A DNA stretch of 63,130 bases, the filler included, from Octopus bimaculoides (taxonomy: Eukaryota), in NCBI RefSeq assembly GCF_001194135.2. It is 4 parts of 3 records of this genome, joined end to end, with 100 filler letters (N's around TTAATTAATTAA, not from the genome) between each part and the next. Parts side by side here need not be neighbours in the genome. Positions count along the whole stretch, not along the records: positions 15,384 to 26,940 come from NC_068983.1; positions 27,041 to 58,853 come from NC_068982.1; 2 more parts are not named here. One strand, 5' to 3'. The notes under the pieces are model-generated. The model was not told the DNA's origin and made no database searches. It saw only the letters and a list, made by a program, of their open reading frames with translations. The translations under genes and the position numbers were made by a program. Within the stretch, counting starts at the first letter, position 1, and every line of letters begins with the position of its first letter. This document shows positions 25,486-37,293 of this stretch, piece after piece.

Positions 25486-25851
25486 TCGCTACTTGCTGTA
25501 AATAGAGGGTTGGTTAACCATCTAATACAAGAAGAAAATTGCAGATAAATTGAATAAAAACATGAAAAATAACAAAATGACATTTCATTGAAAAGTAAAC
25601 CATTCTGAAAGATAGTTCAGAATGTTTTCAAAACATTTATCTCCAGCATTTCCCATATTTTATTAAGGGTTAGGGATTATGATTAGGGTTTAGGGTTAGG
25701 GGTTAGGTTTAGAGTTAGGGTTTAAAGTTAGGGGAGATGAATGTTTTTTTCACTATTCAATGATTATTTTTCACTTTTATATTCAACTTATCTGCAATTT
25801 TCTTTTTGTATTACATGGATAACCCCGCTCCTTTTACAGCAAGTAGCGCGA
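25486..25851. mobile_element. Foldback/MITE-like element with about 115-bp inverted arms around a TTAGGG-like core
   Basis: gctacttgctgtaaa (25488-25502) pairs with tttacagcaagtagc (25833-25847); the ttgcagataa and taatacaa blocks are also mirrored; TTAGGG variants at 25666-25734. Confidence 0.8.
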
Positions 25852-26389
25852 ATCTGCGCATCTCGTCATTTGCCNNNNNNNNNNNNNNNNNNNNNNNNNN
25901 NNNNNNNNNNNNNNNNNNNNNNNNNNNNNNNNNNNNNNNNNNNNNNNNNNNNNNNNNNNNNNNNNNNNNNNNNNNNNNNNNNNNNNNNNNNNNNNNNNNN
26001 NNNNNNNNNNNNNNNNNNNNNNNNNNNNNNNNNNNNNNNNNNNNNNNNNNNNNNNNNNNNNNNNNNNNNNNNNNNNNNNNNNNNNNNNNNNNNNNNNNNN
26101 NNNNNNNNNNNNNNNNNNNNNNNNNNNNNNNNNNNNNNNNNNNNNNNNNNNNNNNNNNNNNNNNNNNNNNNNNNNNNNNNNNNNNNNNNNNNNNNNNNNN
26201 NNNNNNNNNNNNNNNNNNNNNNNNNNNNNNNNNNNNNNNNNNNNNNNNNNNNNNNNNNNNNNNNNNNNNNNNNNNNNNNNNNNNNNNNNNNNNNNNNNNN
26301 NNNNNNNNNNNNNNNNNNNNNNNNNNNNNNNNNNNNNNNNNNNNNNNNNNNNNNNNNNNNNNNNNNNNNNNNNNNNNNNNNNNNNNNNN

Positions 26390-26940
26390 TGGATAAACAT
26401 ACTGTTGGTTTAGTTCATGTGAACAATACACAATTTTGAAATTGGAATAAAATTGAGGCAATTGAAAAGTGAAAATCAAACAGAAAAGATATCTACATAC
26501 TTCTTTCAGCGATTCATTGCTTCGATTGCCTTGGAAAAGAAGCTATCCTGTTAGTTAAACAAGTTTTCAACAGCTGATAAAACATCATCACTATGATATT
26601 GGTTCCAAGCCGAGTATTTTTTTTATATATATGTAGGGGATATAGATAATAAGATGAGGTCAAATCACTAAAGTAGGGAGGGTGGCTTAGCAGTTCAAAG
26701 CCAATCACACACAGCAGCCATCGAAACTAATTACTTGTGCACTGGAGTATTTGTTTCGATGGAAGAAAAACATACTCGACAGTTTTCCTTGCGTTTGGCC
26801 TTGATAGCCTTTCGCAACTGCCTTAGAAAGGTGGCACAGTACAGCACCCTCCATTGATGGTGAGAGCCTTTGAAAGTAGTCAATAAACACGATGCTTTTT
26901 GCAATCCAAAATACTGAGGCTATCACCTTCCCTGCAGATT
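26390..26940 (-). mobile_element. Mariner transposase remnant (C-terminal part)
   Basis: VFWIAKSIVFIDYF and FELLSHPPYFSDLTSSYYLYP correspond to the mariner VFWD..GI.FIDY and HPPYSPDLAPSDYYLF motifs. Confidence 0.8.
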
Positions 26941-26984
26941 NNNNNNNNNNNNNNNNNNNNNNNNNNNNNNNNNNNNNNNNNNNN

Positions 26985-26996
26985 TTAATTAATTAA
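26985..26996. other. Assembly linker TTAATTAATTAA inside a 100-bp gap
   Basis: 44 N + 12 nt + 44 N. Confidence 0.95.
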
Positions 26997-27244
26997 NNNN
27001 NNNNNNNNNNNNNNNNNNNNNNNNNNNNNNNNNNNNNNNNATTAAAATAGTCACATTATTAGTAAGATTAAAATAGTCACATTATTAGTAAGATTAAAAT
27101 AAAAATTTTCCCCTCAAAAAAAAAAAAGCCATCTCTACTCATTCTTTCAAATATATATAATACTGTACCAAGAACTTTCTCTTTATTATTCTACTATATA
27201 TATATGTGTGTGTGTGTATGTACGCGTGTGTAAATATGTGTGTG

Positions 27245-27405
27245 TGTGTGTGCTGGTGCATTTGCGTCCCCGTAACTTTGCAGGGCGGCAAAAATGACCG
27301 ATAGAATGAGTTCCAGGCTTAAAAAAAGTAAGTACTGGGGTCGATTTATTCGACTAAGATTCTTCAAGCCGCTGCCCCAGCATATTGGTAGCGGTGGGGG
27401 TGGCG
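27245..27405 (+). mobile_element. SINE family A 3' body
   Basis: gcgtccccgtaactttgc...gaccgatagaatgag...ctggggtcgatttattcgactaa. Confidence 0.7.
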
Positions 27406-28412
27406 CTTGATAATTTACAGACCTGTTTTCAATATTATTTGGAAAAGAAGCATTGCATGGAATATACATGAACAAAAACGAAATAACCCCAAAACGTTTG
27501 TAACAAAATATTTAGATAACTAATGATAACAATGTCAATATATCATTAAGAATTCATTTAGGAACAATAATAGTTAATTAGCATACATTGGAAAGTAAGG
27601 AAAAAGGGATAAGTATTTTTAAAATTGATGCTAACCTGGAAGGACCAATCCAATCCAAACAAGAAATGCAAGACAGTGCTGTGCAAGTTTCATTTCCGAA
27701 ACGAAAATATTGGCCAATTCTTGAGCAATTGTTGAAATTTGGTAATTTTCTGTTGTGGCTGTTGAAATACATTAGGTATGATATTACAATCAATACCATA
27801 CATACTCACGCGCGCGCGCGCGCGCATATATTCCTGGAATACATATATGGTATCATATTTATATATAGGAGTATATATATATATATATNNNNNNNNNNNN
27901 NNNNNNNNNNNNNNNNNNNNNNNNNNNNNNNNNNNNNNNNNNNNNNNNNNNNNNNNNNNNNNNNNNNNNNNNNNNNNNNNNNNNNNNNNNNNNNNNNNNN
28001 NNNNNNNNNNNNNNNNNNNNNNNNNNNNNNNNNNNNNNNNNNNNNNNNNNNNNNNNNNNNNNNNNNNNNNNNNNNNNNNNNNNNNNNNNNNNNNNNNNNN
28101 NNNNNNNNNNNNNNNNNNNNNNNNNNNNNNNNNNNNNNNNNNNNNNNNNNNNNNNNNNNNNNNNNNNNNNNNNNNNNNNNNNNNNNNNNNNNNNNNNNNN
28201 NNNNNNNNNNNNNNNNNNNNNNNNNNNNNNNNNNNNNNNNNNNNNNNNNNNNNNNNNNNNNNNNNNNNNNNNNNNNNNNNNNNNNNNNNNNNNNNNNNNN
28301 NNNNNNNNNNNNNNNNNNNNNNNNNNNNNNNNNNNNNNNNNNNNNNNNNNNNNNNNNNNNNNNNNNNNNNNNNNNNNNNNNNNNNNNNNNNNNNNNNNNN
28401 NNNNNNCTTATG

Positions 28413-28468
28413 ATTTAACACACTCACCGGTAAAATAAATGGAAATTTTACAGGTGAGTGTGTTAAAT
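28413..28468. repeat. Near-perfect 24-bp hairpin with 8-nt loop
   Basis: atttaacacactcaccggtaaaat (28413-28436) versus attttacaggtgagtgtgttaaat (28445-28468), one mismatch. Confidence 0.95.
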
Positions 28469-28511
28469 TATAAGGCACCAAAAGAGAATGACTCTCTTCA
28501 GACACAACAGC

Positions 28512-28552
<41 letters not shown>

Positions 28553-28563
28553 ATACACACGTA

Positions 28564-28596
<33 letters not shown>

Positions 28597-29214
28597 ATGT
28601 GTGTTTGATACTGTAGTATGTTGTCTACCTTTCGGCTGCAACTTCGTTCCACTAAAAAGGGTAACTGAGTGAGCGAAAGTGTTGCTGCTTCATTTTTATA
28701 GCTGCACTTATTTATCTTGTTGACAATGCAATAAATGAATTTGTGAGAAAACGTTTTTTTCTTCTCAGATTTGTCGTTTTGGTTTCTCAAAGAGCTTCAC
28801 AGGAAAAGCGGTAAATGAAAAGAGGCGGGTATAACAACTTTACTACTTAACAAGATTGTATATTTGTAAGCAATGTTTATATATATATAAATGTATGTGT
28901 GTATGTGTGAGTGTTTATGTATGTACGTACCTATTTACGTATGAATGCATAAACTCTTTTATATATTCTTCTGGCTTAGTTTTATAAATTGTTCACAAAG
29001 AGAGAAAGAGCAAGTTGTTTATTCAGTGTTAAGACTCCTTCATTGGAAGTTTGACATCAATTAGATAATCACCCATGCATGCACAGCAACATTTCATATA
29101 TCTAATGCAGTGAGTTGAACCGAAGTTATCCTTATGATTAGAAAACAAAATCTTTATTATTAAACTTAATCTTAGGCCTACCTCCACCCAGCCTCCGTGT
29201 TTTGAGAATCATAA

Positions 29215-29450
29215 ATAAATTTCCTCAGCATAGTCGAATCTTCCAGAATTCTCTTCGCTGCTAGTCAACTGGTCCTCATGCATTTGAGCTCTTCTTCGAA
29301 TGTCCGATGCTAGGCGTTCATAACCTCCTCCTCCTCCTCCTCCTCCTCCTCCTCCTTCTTCTTCTTCTTCTTCTTCTTCTTCTTCTTCTTCTTCTTCTTC
29401 TTCTTCTTCTTCTTCTTCTTCTTCTTCTTCTTCTTCTTCTTCTTCTTCTT

Positions 29451-29484
<34 letters not shown>

Positions 29485-29950
29485 AATTGTAGATTTACAT
29501 TCCAAATGACCAGCTACTGCAAAATATGACCCACTAAGGCGCAGTGCCACAATGTTTTGCAGAAAGTTTTCGTCAATTCTAATTCCATCCTACCAGATAG
29601 TTTTGAGGATTATCCGTAGACGCCATTGATGGAATATGTCCAGCTTTTTGTTTACCTTTGTCGTCATTTCTGTCTGTGTTTCCATTACCATTGCTTAGAA
29701 GAGAGAGAATTTTTCAAAATCTCTTCCACAATTTGCTGTTCGATAAAGATAAAATATTCAGTTGTGATATTAATCTGCATCATTTCGATCTTTCTACGGC
29801 TAATTCTTTTCTGTTTGTATTTTAAGTTTGATAGTCAGTTCTTGCAGTTCACCCCTGTTTCTACTCGCAGTGTTTAGGTCACAAAGCCTTTCTATTTCCT
29901 TCCACTACAACCTTGCAATGCTCTCAATTGTTACATTTTTCATCACATAC
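29215..29950 (-). mobile_element. RTE-clade LINE RT/C-terminal remnant split by a trinucleotide expansion
   Basis: Minus-strand translation gives GELQELTIKL, KKLDIFHQWRLRIILKTIW*D, VGHILQ and RRTFEEELK, resembling RTE FHQRCLRRILRIRWQD, IGHVLR and TWRRTVEKELK. Confidence 0.65.
29324..29480. repeat. (CCT)n(CTT)n compound microsatellite
   Basis: Read directly. Confidence 0.95.
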
Positions 29951-31449
29951 TCAAATCTGTGTGTAGAATCAGAAAGCGAAATCGAAAATTCAACTAATGA
30001 GTAGGCGAAGGTCACTGCCAACTAGCCATTTGCCGTGAAGAGGCGAAAAGATACCATAACGGCCGAAGAACGTATTTCAGCCATTGTAGTACGTCAACAG
30101 TGCGGAAGAAAAGTAAGCCATGTTGAGAACAGCAGTGAGAAAAAGTGCAGAATATGGTTGCAGAGGACAATCAAGAAAGGAACAGTGGATAGGAACTTAA
30201 TGAGGCAGCATTGAGCTGCGACGAACAGGAGAGAACAATTAAAACAATCTATCTAGGGTTATCTAAAAACAGCAAGCAACAACGATGTCTCTAATAAGAT
30301 TAATTAATGAACTTTTGGAAATATAGATGTATTTATGTTTGAATGTAATGATCCTGGTTATGATTATCAACAATATAGTTAATGGAAAACTCCAGAGGAG
30401 CATTCAAAATACTAACGAGGATACGCAACTGTTTAAAGTATGTGATATGGTGGGTTGGGAAACTTAGATCAGCTGCGGTTATCCATGCAACATGTAGAAA
30501 ACCTTCCTCTAGCTGTGTTGAAAATATAAAAATAATAACGTCCAAGAAAATCTGTTAGTCGAGGTTTTCGAAATATTCAATTGATAATTCTCAAGTTTTC
30601 GTATGCGCATGTCATACATAATTTGTTGTTGCTTAGCCCCAACTCATCACTGTTACAAGATGTAATTGAAGTTTGAAGGGAATTGAGCTGCTTTTTCAGG
30701 CAGATCAAGTGACAGCACTAAGACTTCCTCATCGACACAAAAACCTAGGCAATTATCGAGGCGTGCTTATACATGCCTGTCTTCAGTTATATCTTAGTTT
30801 CCCCTGATTAGAGTTATAGAATTATTTCGAACGGCCACCTATTTGGTAGCAAGATTGCAAAGGTTTTATTTTTTTTAAAGGAAAGTGGACCACGTTCTTT
30901 TCGTTATCCTTAGCATTGTTATTTGCTCTTTAGATTCTAAGATCTCTTTGATTTTTGTTGCCCCAAATAGCGTGGTCATCTTTATTGTATTGAATCAATG
31001 GAAATAACGGAATTATGAGAATAACATATTTTCAATAGAATCTAAGTTTAACCATATTTTGATTCAGGTAGGTTAGTACACAATCGCTTACTTCAATAAC
31101 GAGCATAAAGCTGGATTTGTAAACTTCTCACCAACGGTCGATAGATGTCTTCTTTCACTTGCATCGTTTTTCTTTTTACCAGTGATATCATAGGGAGAAT
31201 TAAAAGGTCTGGTGTGGTGCACCGACATATTTATACCATTACACCTTGAAGGTTACCTCCATGAACTTCGGGAATGTAAACAACAACTAAGTACTTTCTA
31301 CACAAAGCACATAAAGTATTAGCAACATCATTAACCACGAGAACATCCAGGGACGACCTTCCCATAAGGCATGATGTAGTCGTCAGTGAAATCTATAGTA
31401 GACGTAAAAGAAAATAAACTATAAAGATGTATAAAAAAAGGGTCTTTTA

Positions 31450-31915
31450 AATATTGTAGTTTCAGCGTCAGACAACAATAACAAGTTAGTTGTGTCTTAT
31501 TTACATGAAGTTTAGTCTCTCTTAGGCTCATTACTGCTACATCACATCAGTTTTTATTCTCAGCTTCCACCAATATTCTTTCGCTCCATCTTTATTTAAT
31601 TTTTTGTTCTTTCCAAGCCTGTTGGAGATTGCCCTGGTTACTTCGTCATGCTTTATGGAAAGGGAGTATCTAGAAGATATTCTCTCACAGTTGGTTAACG
31701 ATGTTGCTAACGTCTTCAGTTTTGGCTTTGCACAGCCAACATTTCTTGTCAGCTGATTCTGTGTTTTGTACAAGAAGGAACTTGATGAAGTTTTCTTGCT
31801 CCGGAATTGCATGGAGGTTACTTTCAAGGTGTGATTTTATGAACATGTCACAACACCATACCAGACTTTTATTGTGGTTTGTTCTTTTTACTCCCTGTAT
31901 TTTTCCTTTCAAGTA
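31450..31915 (-). mobile_element. RLE-type (R4-like) non-LTR retrotransposon remnant, zinc-knuckle region
   Basis: HAIPEQE, KCWLCKAKTEDVSNIV and KHDEVTRAI resemble AIQEQE, CRLC...E.V.HI...C and RHD.V. Confidence 0.65.
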
Positions 31916-31954
31916 CCTATGAACTGGCCCACGGCCAGATTATTTTTTTATTTC

Positions 31955-32076
31955 GATGGCTTTGGTCGGTCCGAGGTTATAGTAGAAGACACTTGCCTAA
32001 GGTGCCATTCAGTGGGACTAAATTCGGAACCATATGGTTGGGAGGCAAACTTCTTGACCCACAACCACGCCTGCGC
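31955..32076 (-). mobile_element. SINE family A, well preserved head
   Basis: gtagaagacacttgcctaaggtgccattcagtgggactaaattcggaaccatatggttgggaggc...accacgcctgcgc. Confidence 0.8.
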
Positions 32077-32336
32077 CTTGATAATTATTTGTAATTACCA
32101 CAGGAAGGACTTTTGAATTCATTGTTGGAAATGATTTTAATAACAACATTATGCTACAATAAGAAGCAGTACCTGGATGGTGTTTTCGAGTATCGACTGA
32201 TACAATATAAAATCTTCTAGAGTAATGGAAAATAACATTTTCTGACTCGTATTAGGCTGGTGGCTTGCCTGTTTCTTTTCTTCATTTAGCGTTCTCTCCC
32301 CAAGAACCCAAGTTCAGCCATACTTTGCTGTATGTA

Positions 32337-33392
32337 TTGGGTCATCTCATAAATAATGTGGTTTTTTTAATACTTCTTTTATTTTTCAAAATTAAGATAA
32401 TCAAAGTTCTTTTTTAATCTAAAATATACTCTCCTTCATTTTCTACAATGCTCTTCCATCAGCCTGGTAGACTTGCAAGGCCCCTCTTCCAAAATTCACT
32501 TGTCCGTGACGAAAAATACTCCTCCAATACTGTTCTGACCTCGTCTATAGAATTCATATTTTTTCCGTCCAAATGATTTTGAAGACTACGGAATAAATGA
32601 TAACCAGATGGGGCAATCTCCGGCGAATATGGTGCGTGGGGCATCGTTTCCCATTGAAACTGCTCCAGCCTTTGGAATATCATCCTCACTGTATGTGGCT
32701 GAGTATTATCCTGATGGAAGAACACCTTTCGTTTTGAAACCAAAGTCACTATTCGGTCCAAAAAGGGTTCATTCGTGAGACGTGACAGCAAAGAAGAGCA
32801 CACATTCACTCTCTACACGAGATTAGACCCGGAAAGTTTGTGAGGGGACCCATTGACCCAATTTGCTAACTTTTCCGATGGTTTGCAGGTGTCGATGAAT
32901 GATTGAATGATCAAATCGAAGCTTCTCTGCAAGTTCCTCAACAGTTACGATGGAATTTTGTTCCACCAGGGTTTGCAGGACATCCTCGTCGTCGTGCTCT
33001 GCAGATCTTCCAGGACGAGGCTCATCTTCTAGGTTGTAGTTTCCGCCTCGGAATTTCTTGAACCACCGTTGACACTGGCTTACGCTTATTGTCCGGTCCT
33101 CATATACTGCATTAATATTTCTCGCACTTTCCGTTGCGATGTTGCCTTTATTGAACTCATAAAGCAAAATATGCCGAATATGCCGAATATGCTTCTTAGT
33201 CACTTCCGTTGTAGCTTTGAAAATATAACTGTTAAAATAGAACTGCACTCTTCAAAACTTGCACTAAGAATAAGGACAAGGTAAAATTACTACCTGCTTT
33301 TATAGCAAGTTGATGCAGGTAGTTTATCCCGTCCCCTTCCGAGTTTTAGTTCATGCAATTGGAAAAACCGCATTATTTATGGGATGACTCAA
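32337..33392 (-). mobile_element. Mariner transposon with both TIRs, TA TSD and an internal deletion (defective)
   Basis: TIR ttgggtcatctcataaataatgtggttttt versus reverse complement ttgagtcatcccataaataatgcggttttt; TA at 32335-36 and 33393-94; QRWFKKFR HTH, WVP, HQDN and YSPEIAPSGYHLF motifs. Confidence 0.92.
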
Positions 33393-33758
33393 TATGTATG
33401 TATGTAATTGTTCAGTTTTATTTCAAGATTTCTTGCCAATGGAGAAAGAGCCCGTTTGAAGGCTCCTTCATTGGAATTTCAATATCAACAATAGGGTATT
33501 TTTATTTGTATGCATGTATGTATGCATGTATGTATGTATGTATGTATGTATGTATGTATTAGTGTACGTGTGTATGTATGTCTTCCCGTCGGCCCTGCCT
33601 GGACTGACCACTGATCAGAAACAGTTCAGTCGTGACTAGTTCCTCTTTTTCCTATGACCATTGATTATCCTCGGATCATCATTTGAGACTGAGAGATTTG
33701 AAGGAGAGTTGGTTGCTCTTTCTAGCAGGTTGAACGACTATTTAGAGGCTCTTTCTTT

Positions 33759-33799
<41 letters not shown>

Positions 33800-33828
33800 G
33801 TGAGTGAAAGTAAGGGGAGAGAGATAGG

Positions 33829-33866
<38 letters not shown>

Positions 33867-34446
33867 GTACTGAGAGAAACGATGATAAAGATAAAGAAAT
33901 TCTAAGAGGAGTGGCTATTATGGTATATATATATATATATATATATATATGTAACCAGTTAATTTACTGCTGTTCTACAAGTGACAGTTGCCTTATCCAA
34001 TCATATTCACCAAAGGAATATTTACATCTGTTTACTTACAAGGTGTTCACAGCTTGACAACACAAAAAAATACATTATTACTGTGTTATTATTTGTCACC
34101 TTTGTGCAGTGAGCTTTTGCTGTTTTTCTTAGTTTTTCTATTTTTGTATTCTTTGCGTTGATTTATCTTATACGGTTGTTTATGTAACCGTCGAAACTAA
34201 AACATTGATAGAGAACTTCACCAAATCTTAAATGCAGATGTTAATATATAGCACAAGAGACATTAAAAAACCTACTTTGCAGTTAACAAGTTGGTTGAAT
34301 TCTATTCAGGCTTTGAGGGGATTCTCAAAGGTTGTGGTCATTGCCTTTTCTTTCATTTACAAAAAGAGAAAAAAAGTTTATCTCGATGTGCAGAACTGAC
34401 ACTATTATAAGTATTTAACCATAGCCAACGTTTTCATTCGAGCTGT

Positions 34447-34545
34447 TGTGTATGTATGTATGTATGTATGTATGTATGTATGTATGTATGTATGTATGTA
34501 TGTATGCATGTATGCGTGTATGCATGCATCTACGTATATATCTGT
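34447..34545. repeat. (TATG)n microsatellite
   Basis: Read directly; similar tracts at 33505-33560, 41840-42075 and 59055-59180. Confidence 0.9.
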
Positions 34546-35028
34546 GTATGTATGCATGTCCTCTCCTGTTTTTAATTATTCCGATTCTTCCTCCGAAGAA
34601 GGAGCTGGTTTCTAACGAAGATACAAAGCTCCATGCTTAATGGTTAATCTAGCGCTGGGTATGAAGCATTAAAATGTTAACACAGTGGATCACTGGATTT
34701 GTAGTGGGGCGTTGTCACGTAAAAACCATGAGAGCGACCTTTCAAACTCAAGCAGAGTGTGAAATGGAGTTGTTGGGTAGAAAACTCAGACAAGGTATCT
34801 ATCAAAACTGACAAAATGGGCAAAAGCGTATTAATTAACTGAAAATATATTTTCCTCTTTTGGTGAATTGAAAACAATTGGTTTCTGGTTGAGTTAAACA
34901 AAATCTGTGAACATCTGGTTAATTATGTATCACAAACACCTTGAATATTGTGGCCTTGCAAGTGAGCGTCTCAAGTACCAGATGTTTAGTGACGAAAATT
35001 GCGAGACACTCTTTGCGTTATACAGAAA

Positions 35029-36231
35029 TGTAAGAGACGACCGTGCGAACTCATAAAAGGAGAAATGGTGACGAATGGAAAAACAGAGGACTCCTTTTAT
35101 TTAAACGTGTCACACGGTCGAACATACAATAGATATATATCGAAGATGATATAGATGATATGTTATGCGACGATAACATAGATGACCAGCAATGAAAGAC
35201 CACAACCGTATTAGATGAATAACAGAGATATTTATTGTGGCGTTAAAGATGTATGTCTGTGTGAGAGTGTGAATGCGACATATAATAACATAATCAAAGA
35301 CAGGCCGTCATACAAAGAAAAGTGTGTATGTGAGTGATACATGTGTGTATGAGAAATATTACAGCAGATGGAAAGAGAGTCAATATATAACACGTGAACA
35401 ATTATACCAGNNNNNNNNNNNNNNNNNNNNNNNNNNNNNNNNNNNNNNNNNNNNNNNNNNNNNNNNNNNNNNNNNNNNNNNNNNNNNNNNNNNNNNNNNN
35501 NNNNNNNNNNNNNNNNNNNNNNNNNNNNNNNNNNNNNNNNNNNNNNNNNNNNNNNNNNNNNNNNNNNNNNNNNNNNNNNNNNNNNNNNNNNNNNNNNNNN
35601 NNNNNNNNNNNNNNNNNNNNNNNNNNNNNNNNNNNNNNNNNNNNNNNNNNNNNNNNNNNNNNNNNNNNNNNNNNNNNNNNNNNNNNNNNNNNNNNNNNNN
35701 NNNNNNNNNNNNNNNNNNNNNNNNNNNNNNNNNNNNNNNNNNNNNNNNNNNNNNNNNNNNNNNNNNNNNNNNNNNNNNNNNNNNNNNNNNNNNNNNNNNN
35801 NNNNNNNNNNNNNNNNNNNNNNNNNNNNNNNNNNNNNNNNNNNNNNNNNNNNNNNNNNNNNNNNNNNNNNNNNNNNNNNNNNNNNNNNNNNNNNNNNNNN
35901 NNNNNNNNNNNNNNNNNNNNNNNNNNNNNNNNNNNNTCAAAGAGAAACTGGACCGAGACAAATTATTGGGTATGAGTTAAAGCTATTTATAACAAACTAT
36001 GGGCTCCCGATGGCTTCAGAATTTTACTCTATCACGTGACCTTATTAGGGGCCGTGATTGGTCAGTTTGCCTTCTGGCGGGAAAGGTTCGAAGAAGTTGC
36101 CGATTCGAATAATGATCAGTCACGTGATGACAAGGTTAATGTTTTCCCCTACGTTCGCGTTTGTTTATATTTAAATGAGAAGAATGGCGATAGCAGTTTT
36201 GTATCTAATGGCGATAGGTAGTTTCACTACA
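35029..36231 (-). mobile_element. Solo-LTR-like element spanning a gap, 4-bp TSD GAAA
   Basis: Minus strand begins tgtagtgaaac and ends cttaca; gaaa at 35025-28 and 36232-35; homologous to 43281, 48833 and 57973. Confidence 0.8.
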
Positions 36232-36239
36232 GAAATATA

Positions 36240-36930
36240 AGTTCAAACATCACAAATTTCTCATCGCTGAAACTCGGAACATTCAAATGCACGATAGTAA
36301 CCAACTATAGAAGTGAGTGGTCGTTTTAAACCTCGATAGCAGCATTTGAACTTTGTTTCCACTCATAGAGAATAATACTCTGAAGACTGGAGTTTGCGTA
36401 AGGATTCCCCAAAACAGCGACCAAAGACGAATATCCATGCCGAATAAGCTTATGTTTTGTGTATGGTGGGATCATAAAAGCATTATTTATTATGAACTTC
36501 TCCCACAAAACCTGACCATTAATTCTGGTGTGTATTGTCGTCAGCTGGCTAATTTGAACCAAAAAAATCAAAGAATTTAGGCCGGAGATTGCCAACAGGA
36601 AAGGTGTAGTGCTTCAACAAGACAATGCCCAACCACGTTCACCATATTCTCCTGATATTGCGCCATCCGACTACCACTTGTTTTTGTCTCTGCAGAACTC
36701 ATTGTAAGGAAAATATTTAACGATTTAGATGGAATCAAAATGTATCTAGATTACATCTTTTATCTTCAAAACCAGTCAAATTTTATGATGGAATATTTAA
36801 ATTGTCTGAGAGATGGGCAAAAGTCATTAATAATAATGGAAATTATTTCATTGAATAACATTTATTGAAAGGTCAATTATTTATATCCTTTTTTGCATAT
36901 TAAAAAAACTCTCAGAACTTTCCGGACAAC
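36240..36930 (+). mobile_element. Mariner remnant, second subfamily, internally deleted
   Basis: KLMFCVWWDHKSIIYYELLPQNLTINSGVYCRQL, QQDNAQP and PYSPDIAPSDYHLF; terminal cagaactttccggacaacc. Confidence 0.85.
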
Positions 36931-36954
36931 CGGAAATCTGCGAGCAGATTTTGG

Positions 36955-37070
36955 TAGCCTGGAGGCTTTTGGGGAAGACACTTTCTCAAGGTGCCAAACA
37001 GAAGGACTGATCCTAAGGCCATATGGTCTTGAGAATCTTGCTTCCCAACCACACAGCCATGCCTGTGCTC
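36955..37070 (-). mobile_element. SINE family A
   Basis: gaagacactttctcaaggtgcc...ggactgatcc...cttgcttcccaaccacacagccatgcctgtg. Confidence 0.75.
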
Positions 37071-37234
37071 TGTTTATGAAAATGTTATGTAAAATTTGAT
37101 AACATTACACAAATAGTTAATAACAATAAACTTTTGATATTCTAAAGTCATTTAATGTGGCTGGTAAAGGACACGCACTTCTAAATATTGTCTAATATTT
37201 AGATAGGTAGATAGATAGATAGATACATAGATAG

Positions 37235-37293
<59 letters not shown>

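Noticed and set aside
25666-25734. True telomere or chromosome-fusion scar
   Set aside because: Short, degenerate, internal to an inverted-repeat element, with no head-to-head arrangement
27041-27092. Exact 26-bp tandem duplication attaaaatagtcacattattagtaag
   Set aside because: Sits at the very start of a contig after a linker gap; likely an assembly artefact
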